From Caecitellus pseudoparvulus (taxonomy: Eukaryota; Protista; Bigyra: Bicosoecida): a DNA stretch of 64,000 nucleotides. The stretch covers positions 1 to 64,000 of the forward strand of contig CBFFRQ010000008.1 of the NCBI GenBank assembly GCA_965644315.1. Reading direction: 5' to 3'. Positions within the stretch are counted from its first letter, which is position 1. Every line of letters begins with the position of its first letter. The notes under the pieces were generated by a model. That model made no database searches and had not been told where the DNA came from. It worked only from the letters and a program-made list of their open reading frames with translations. The translations under genes were made by a program, and so were the position numbers. This document shows, in pieces, positions 56,414-64,000 of the stretch.

Positions 56414-57376
56414 TTACAGGCCCATGGCAGCCAGCACAGCAGCTGTCGCGATGGGGACTCGCACGTTGTCATCGCGCAGCATGAACAGCAAAAACCCCTG
56501 CCACGACCCTGCCCCGCCCTCACATGCAGTGGTAGGAGACGCCTCCACCTCAATCGCTTCCGCCAGTGCGGCGGCCAGCCCAGCGACAGCGGCGACACCA
56601 CAGACGCTTGCAGGCGGCCACGCCAAGCCCCTACCTGCTGCAAGCGCCGCAGCCACGCCCTCCTGCACTGCCACCAGCTCAGAGCCGCTCCAGCCACTGA
56701 TCCAAGCGTGGCTGCTGGCGGTTTCTTCGGCTGTCGCGGGCTGCTGGGCGAGCAGGGTCAAGTATGCCGCCAGTGAAGCAGTGACGGCCATCGCACAGGC
56801 GGCCGAGCCGATGACACTCTTCTCACGCCACAAGCTTACTGCGCCCAGGCCAGGAATGGAGACTTCCATGTGCTTTGACGCCTCGCCTTCCTTTCGGGAA
56901 CAGTGTGGCTTCAGCAGGATGCCTGCAGCACTGGCCACCGGGTCCCCAAGGGAAATGGCCAGGATGCTCATGACGGTGACGGGCATCGAAGCCACGCTCG
57001 CGACCAGGCCGCACCCGACGAGAAAGTAAGCGGCACCAGGCAGCTGGTCCTTCTCGTGATCCCGCATGATGCCGGAGAAGGCTTCCAAGAACGCCCGCTG
57101 CACCCATGGATACCGCAGGCGAGCGGCGTGCAGAGCCATGAAGCCAGCGGCCGAGCCCAGCAGCAACAAGCTGGCAAGTCGAAGAGGAAATCCAAGCTCC
57201 AACACCGCGACAAAGAGGATTCCTGTACCAGCATGTTGGACCTTGCGGTTCAGGTGCAAGCTCGTCCGTGTGTTCTGCTGCTTCGCCGCGCTCTTGGAGG
57301 ACCCCAGCGCCCACTGTAACGCAATCGAAACTCCTACTGCGACTGCCACCAAAGCTGCAGACGGCACAGAATCCAT
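56414..57376 (-). CDS. CTP-dependent polyprenol/diacylglycerol kinase family membrane protein (DGK1/phytol kinase-like)
   Basis: RKVQH, MRDHE..LPGA, GDPVAS, KSVIGS and DDN motifs with multiple TM segments. Confidence 0.78.
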   Translation of the reverse strand: MDSVPSAALVAVAVGVSIALQWALGSSKSAAKQQNTRTSLHLNRKVQHAGTGILFVAVLELGFPLRLASLLLLGSAAGFMALHAARLRYPWVQRAFLEAFSGIMRDHEKDQLPGAAYFLVGCGLVASVASMPVTVMSILAISLGDPVASAAGILLKPHCSRKEGEASKHMEVSIPGLGAVSLWREKSVIGSAACAMAVTASLAAYLTLLAQQPATAEETASSHAWISGWSGSELVAVQEGVAAALAAGRGLAWPPASVCGVAAVAGLAAALAEAIEVEASPTTACEGGAGSWQGFLLFMLRDDNVRVPIATAAVLAAMGL

Positions 57377-57632
57377 GGTGAGCACTGTTTGAAAGTACGC
57401 TTGGTATGTTGAACCGTTCAAGTGGATTGGGGATGTGGAATGTGTCGCCCTGGCCATCTCAGCAAGGCTGGCCTTGCCTGGGTGTGGCTCGCGCTTGGCA
57501 ACTCGCACGTTTTCTCAAGCGAAGCGGGCTGTCGCGAGCTGCAAGCCAAAGGGAACCACCCTACACAGCAAGTTGCCCCCAGGCAGCCGTAAGAGGTGCC
57601 AAGTTGGCACGAGATTGACCCCGCATGTTGCA

Positions 57633-58491
57633 TCACTGCTGCCCCTGAGCTGACCCAGCTGTGGCAGCCTCAGCTGGCCCAGACTCCTGCGCCGCCTCGT
57701 GCACTGAACAATCGCCCAGCATCCCGGACTCCACCAACTGCCAAGCCTCTAACTCTACGCACTTGAACTGGGCACTGGAGCTCAGCTGGGGACTGTTGAA
57801 CGTTGCGCACGGCCCCGACGTGCCACGCAACAGCTCAGCGTCCAGAGCCCAGGCGAACGAACCACCCGCCCCCATGCCCACTGATGTGAATGACCCGCGG
57901 GTGTTCACCGACTGGAAGTACCTGTTGCCGCCAGACCAGCGGAACACACGAATTGAAGCGCTACCATGCTTGCATGTGAAAACCCGTCGCCCGGAGCCCG
58001 TGGAAGCGTCTTGGCCAGACTCTGCAGTACTTGGCTCGCTCGTTGAATGGAATACGAGACTCTGCGTGTTTCCGTAAAAGTGTGCCGAGTGGCGCCAGGC
58101 CTCTCCCGCAACGCCACCAAACACAGCACCGCCTGAGTCCTTCAGCAAGATAATGGTTCGCTCCGCATCAGAAACCTTGCTCAAGAGGGTCTCCAAATCT
58201 GCACCATCTCGTGACAGCCGAAACTTCAACGCCCAGTCCATCCGCCTGGGCAGGCAGAGCGGCTTGGCCTTCGAGCGTGCCGTGAAACGAGCATGAAACG
58301 CCAACGCACCTGCAGGCCTTCGGCAGCGCACCTTGCAGAGCACAAGCGCCATCTGCATCCAGAATACCACTTTGTTCACTCAAGGTTGGTGCGTACATAT
58401 TTAACTCCCCTGAGGGTGCCTCAGGACCGCACGCATCTGCCTGCAAGGAGCTGTCCTCCTTGCCTGCCAGCCCAGACTGCTCTATGCCCAT
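57633..58491 (-). CDS. TLDc-domain (OXR1-like) protein (spliced)
   Basis: W.L.F..SRDG, GAVFGG, FYGN, WSGGNRYF, LLRGTS..CATFNS and ELEAW motifs. Confidence 0.88.
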
Positions 58492-59028
58492 GATTGACTG
58501 CTGCGCAGCCCAACCAGCGTTGATACAGGCAGCAGATGTCGCCTTGCACCTTGTTACCCTGGCTCCAAGCCTTGCCTAGCATGCACCTGCCCGACTGCTG
58601 CACTTGGCACAATAGGAGCTCAGCGCAAGTCTGCAACGTGCCCGGCCAAACCTTGCGATGAGAAGCGTGCAAATAAAAAGAAAGACGGCTATACAGGGTT
58701 ATCTGGCAGAGCTCTTATACAATTTGCGCCCGCACCGCCTCGGCACCAAGAGGCCTGCAGTGGCCAATCAAGGTACCTTCACAGCCCCCCTGACAAAGAC
58801 ATCCAGCGCATGATCGCCCACCATGAATCTCGAGCAGGCTCAAAACTGCTGGAGACCTCGCATGGCAAAGGCAACAGCTCCCCAAGCACCCTCAAGAGGA
58901 GAGGTGGCCGAAACCTGAACGAATCGCAAAAACCTCCTGCACCTGCCAATGACATCCCTTGCATCATTGCGCTTCACGGCAGCACGCATCAAGGCTGAAA
59001 CCCGGCCAGGCTACCCTCTCTAGGTCAC

Positions 59029-61598
59029 GATGGCTTCCGGTGCAGCGGAAGTGCGGGCCAGGCGCACTCTCCGTGCAGCACTCTCAGCGCCTCAGTCCCC
59101 TGAACAGGTGGACCGGGCACTGCACACGCTAAGCGAGCTTCCATGTGTTAAAGAAGACACCATGGAAGTGCTCATGCAAGCTGGGAGAAGCGCACACTTG
59201 TCTTCTGCCCAGTGTGATGAGGTAGTGCTCCTGGCAACGCAGCATTGCCCTGCTGCAGTGCAGAACATGCTTGCCGCTGGAGAGACTGATGCAGCCATCC
59301 AACTCTTGGAGTAAGTCCACGAACACACCCCAAGCTTGAGCACTGACGAATCAGGAATGCTTGAATGCTTCCTGCAGGCAAGCTTCGCTCTCTGTGGGGT
59401 GCGGACAAGCAACAGCGTGGATGGCAGCCGCCCTCGGAGTTGCCAATTTGCCAGGCGCGTCAACCACAGCAGCTGAGCAAGCCACAGCAAGTTTTATCCA
59501 ATGCGCTGCAAAAGCAGTCAACGGCGTCCTTTCGCACCAGCTCATTCCCTCTGCCATTCAAGTTCTGCAGAAAAATGACCTACCAGCCGTGGAGCTGGCG
59601 CGGCAGCTTGAAGCGAGAGGCGTGGTATCCCTACTCCCCCAGCTGCTCAACGTCCCGCGTGCCATTTCAGCCGTCATAGTGGGAGCCCTCGAGCGCTCTG
59701 ACGCGGACCTTGTGCAGATCCTTCGCAGAGCAGCAGCGGTGTGTGGCCATGCACTGCTGCAGGGCTCCGAGCTTGCTGAGGAAGGTGGACACGTGGCTTG
59801 GCTTGCCGCAGCAGAGCACACCCTGGAACACAGGCGAGAGATAGCGGCACCCATTTGGTTGCCAATCCTCATACAGTTATGCAGTCGCGTTGCAGAACCA
59901 GTTGCGACTCGCTGCCGTGCATTGAAGGCTGCTGGGATCTCAGTGCAAATCATGCTACGTGAGCATGGCCGAACTCAGGACGAAGAGCTGTTGGAAGCAT
60001 GCAACTGCATTGCGCAGCACGCTTGTGTGGACTTGGCCTCTGGGCCAGCTTCTCTGCAGGCTGCCGCCCGCTGTACCCTCTCGCGGCTTTGCGAGTTCGT
60101 ACCACCACCGGCTTGTCTTGAGTCAACGCTGCTGCGTGTGATGCAGGCACCTGGCCCGGCACCCATGGCGTGCTTGTGCGATGTGCTGGCGAGCAAGCGT
60201 ATACATGAGTGGATGCGGCCTGCGTTACACATGACACTGCAGCAGATGCTGCGGGTGTGGGAGGGAGACGATCACCAATACCCCTGCTTACTCGCGTTGG
60301 CAGCAGCGACGTGCGAAATCCCTGGCATGGAAGGCGCTACGCGCGCGCTTTTCGAGGTAGCGACTGAGACTTCCAGCTGCATTTCGCCGAGCGATGCGGC
60401 TTTGCTGGCGGCAGCCATTGCTAAGGGCGGCAGCGAAGGAAAAGCTGTGGCGACGCGATGCGGTCAGGGTCGAGAAGGTAAACGTCTTCAGGCCTGGCTC
60501 CAAGAACTGCTACAGAAGCCACCGAAACATGTCCGGCAAGGGGAAGACTGTGTGTGGGCTGCCCTTGACCTTGCGTTCAACTGCAGTCCGGTGGAAGCTC
60601 TCGATAGCGCCACGGTGCAAGCGTGGGCAGCACGACTGGCCGCAAACTCCAGTCCAGTTGCACTGAGCATGCTCAAACAAGCCTACAGGCACCATGTAGT
60701 GGTTGACGGAGAATGGCTCCAATCCTTCATCGCTGCGGGGTGGGCAAGGTGCTCGGCATCCGACAAGCCAGCATTCGCCAGAGATGCAGCTTTCACCCTC
60801 GCCAAGCGGGAACTACCAACATGCGATGTCAGCATGGCCATGACCACAGTGGAAGGGTTTCTCAATTCCTTGGTCCAAGTACCTTGCACTTCGTTGGACC
60901 CATTCTTCATGGCTTGTGTCGGCGTGATCGAAGCCACAGTGCACCATGTGCGGACAGCATCGGACACTGCGTCAACTCACACAGCAGCAGGCAGCTCTCA
61001 ACAGACCAGGCAGGTGGACCTTGCCACTGAAGCAGCGGACGAGCTGCTGTCGAGCACTATGACAACCTTGCTAGGCCGCCCACCCTTTCAGCTGCTGCTG
61101 AACGCTCTCCTTGCAGAGCTGCAAGAGGGCATCAACCGAATCTCCCTGCGCGTTTGTGAAACCCTCGCAACCCACTCACTTCAAGCCGCGAACGCTATCC
61201 TCAAAGTGCTACACGCAGAACCACAGCCAGTATCATTTGTACGGGCACTCAGCAGCGGAGCAGTGGCTGTCGCTGCACAAGGGCACGCCAGCAAGACACA
61301 GTCCAATGCTTCCACGCACAAGGCACTCGCGACGCTCATTCACAGCGCCAAGGATGCCATTCTCAACAAGAGCCACAAAGCTCACCATGCTGCTTCCGCG
61401 CACATACTCTGCTCGGCAGTGCACAGGCGAGCGCTCCCCGTCCAAGTCTTGGCCAGCATACTCAAAGCAGCCCCCGAGCACAAGCTTCACGGACGGCCCA
61501 TGGTGCAGCTTGCAACAGCCTGTCTCCCTCACCGACAGCAAGTCCAGGTGCGCCGCCGCACATCCCGACGCCCACACAGCAAGCGCGCCAAACCTTGA
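59029..61598 (+). CDS. Hypothetical alpha-helical protein (probably spliced; may extend further 3')
   Basis: Short ORF then a 745-codon Leu/Ala-rich ORF, with a GTAAGT donor at 59311. Confidence 0.5.
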
Positions 61599-62758
61599 CG
61601 CCTTCACCTCCACTTGCGGCGCCGAGCACTGGCAAGCGCCCGAGCAGCCAACACAGCCCCTTTGCCCACGTCGCCCCCCAGCACCAACATGCCCCGCGGA
61701 CCCACAGCAGCTGCGATGCAAGAAGGGAGGCGCCTGCACAACACTCACCGTGCCTGGCACCGCACAGCTCACTCACAAACCACTGCGTTCATGCGGGGAC
61801 ATGGCACCACCCCTCCAGCCTCCCGCGGCACCATGGCCACACGGCGAGGCGGGGAGCAGTCTGCAGCCTGGTACACACCAGTCCCATGCCTGCGAAAGAG
61901 AACCAGCGCAGCCTCAGTGACAGCGTCGCCCCAGGAGTGTCCTCGTGCCAACACCATGCGCTTCGGCAGTGTGCACGCTCAACAGAGCCAGCCGCTCTCC
62001 ACCCTGCTCAAGCTCAGCAACCCAGCACACGCAGCCCCACGCACCACTCAGGACCCTGCTCCGACATCTGGTACCCAAACACAGACGTGAACCACACCTT
62101 CGATGCCGCGCCCTGCACCATGGAGCAGTTGGCACGGAGGACGGCGCTGGCGCCGAAACGTGCGCGAAACTCCCCACACCCTCGCAGCACCTGAACCTCG
62201 CCCGCAGCACAGCAGAGGCTCAAGGTGACCAATGCCGACAGACACCCACGATGCATGGCAGGCAATGACGCCGTGATCAAGCTGTCTCGGTGCTGCTCGA
62301 GTCAAGCCCCGCCCAATTGACGGATCGCCACCCAACTCTCCACTCCACAACAATGACTGTCATGCCACATTCAACACTGACACACGACACACAGCGAAGT
62401 TCACATTAAGTGTTTACATGCAACAGCAGCTCAGCGTTTATTCACCTAGATTGAGTAAGTTGACAAGGTGGGCGTTTTGCCGCCAGTACTTTCGACGGCG
62501 GTGCCCAAGCAGCCATCCCTGCCCCACGCCAGCACACCGTCAACTTCCCCCGCTAGCAGCACTCCTGCAGCCATCGCTGCGCAGAGGACAGACGTGTCGG
62601 AGTGGACTGGACGTGGCCACTGCTGCTCTGACTCGCCACAGCCTGCTTCCCCAGTTTGCCGACCGCACTCGACTGCACAGCTCCTGCCCACAGCCTGCAC
62701 ACCACACACAGCGCTTCTTGCCGTTGAGGTGCACACAGGGACTCCACTTCTAGCGGTC

Positions 62759-64000
62759 ATGGGTGGCCCCGCTGGTCCCACTGCACTTGTGCCTGCCCAG
62801 GCTGCTCGCCAGCCACGTCTGCGGCAGTGCAGACCGCTGCAACGCCTGGCACTTCCCTGCGTCATTGCACTATGCTTTGCGCTGCTGCCCATCGTCCACT
62901 GCATCACTAACGAGACGCTTCCACAGGCACTGCAACGCCAACTGCGTTTTCAGTCCTATGAGCCGATTCCCGCCTCCGCGTGGAGTGCAGGCGTCGCGGG
63001 CGATACGCTGGCCCTGAGCACAAAAGCACGCATTGGCGCCAGCTCACACAGCACAGAGCACAATGCGACGCTGTTCGTGGAGGCTGCCCACGTGTCTGTG
63101 CATGAGGAGCTCCTGAGGTGGGACTTCAACATCAGCGTCAACGGCAGCCTGCCCCTTGCAGGCAACGCCTCCTCCGCTGCCATGCCACACGTCAGCTTCT
63201 GGGCAGTGGGCACGATGGTGGACCTGTTCGTGCAGGACCACGCGCCCATGCCGTGGGCCAACCGCAGCACCTGGCGCAACGCCTCCGCCACCATCCCGCT
63301 CCGTGCCGAGGGCTCCAGCACTGTGCACGAGGTGACGCTGCAAGGACCAGCCAACCTCTTCGTCATCTTCAAACTCGTGTGGACGCAGGGCTACCCCGAG
63401 CCCCGCGTGGCCTGCCACACAGTGCACAGGTGGCATCACTGGGCGTGGCAGCGTGTGGACGGTGCTCGGCTGTGCTCGGGGCTGGTGTGGGGCCACCCAG
63501 TCCTGCCCTCACACATCACACCCGCCCCGACGCCGGCTCACCCTCGCGCCTGGACACCAGGCACACACCACCTGCGTGCCGTGCTGCACGCTCCAGTGCA
63601 GGATGCATTGCTGCCCTTCCACATGGCTGCCGCTCTGCAACACCCACAAGATGGCCCGGTGCTCTTGGAGATCCGAGGCCTCCAGCTGCATTCCCTGCGA
63701 GCACTGCCTGAGGGCCCAGCAGCAGTCAGCTGGTCAGTGCAAGCGTGGACTGCGGGGCAGCGTGTGCATGACCCTGGCAGTGGGCCACCTCACCCCCCTC
63801 GTGTGGAGCTCGTGCCAGTGACACTGAGCACCAAAATGGTCAGCATCGGAGACACGCACGCATGTGCCATCACCGGTCCACATGCTGGGGTCAAGTGCTT
63901 CGGGGCAGGCGGCAACAAGCTCAACTTCTTCGCTGGCAAGGGCCGCCTGGGCTACGGCGGCATCGACAACGTCGGCGTGGAGAAGACCCTGAAAGACGTC
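62759..64000 (+). CDS. Secreted or surface protein with RCC1-like repeat (partial; runs off the window)
   Basis: Frame open from ATG 62759. Hydrophobic LALPCVIALCFALLPIVHC, several NxS/T sites, and IGDTHACAI..VKCFG..GRLGYG. Confidence 0.7.
   Translation, partial: MGGPAGPTALVPAQAARQPRLRQCRPLQRLALPCVIALCFALLPIVHCITNETLPQALQRQLRFQSYEPIPASAWSAGVAGDTLALSTKARIGASSHSTEHNATLFVEAAHVSVHEELLRWDFNISVNGSLPLAGNASSAAMPHVSFWAVGTMVDLFVQDHAPMPWANRSTWRNASATIPLRAEGSSTVHEVTLQGPANLFVIFKLVWTQGYPEPRVACHTVHRWHHWAWQRVDGARLCSGLVWGHPVLPSHITPAPTPAHPRAWTPGTHHLRAVLHAPVQDALLPFHMAAALQHPQDGPVLLEIRGLQLHSLRALPEGPAAVSWSVQAWTAGQRVHDPGSGPPHPPRVELVPVTLSTKMVSIGDTHACAITGPHAGVKCFGAGGNKLNFFAGKGRLGYGGIDNVGVEKTLKDV

Overview
This is the left end of a chromosome from a GC-rich, gene-dense flagellated microbial eukaryote. 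The evidence is a TTAGGG-type telomere, short GT-AG introns of mostly 68-92 nt, and an IFT57 gene; a heterotrophic stramenopile is plausible but not shown. About 5.2 kb of (TAACCC)n is followed by a subtelomere containing two head-to-tail telomere-joined, retroelement-like segments, a broken DDE transposase and an ankyrin-repeat gene, then tightly packed genes. Highlights: (1) a ~2830-aa bacterial-type alpha-2-macroglobulin with an intact CxEQ thioester motif, an MGxxxS N-terminus and no signal peptide, whose bait region holds a complete ubiquitin ending LRLRGG, a candidate intracellular deubiquitinase trap or sensor; (2) a complete intron-containing aspartate-to-ectoine gene cluster (ask, asd, ectB-type aminotransferase, ectA, ectC), each product with a mitochondrial-type presequence, with a shared palindromic upstream motif and an HSF-type transcription factor gene embedded; (3) a recurrent AATGCA motif just after stop codons, a candidate polyadenylation signal; (4) a VP39-like cap 2'-O-methyltransferase. 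Family assignments come from motif recognition by eye; no searches were run.
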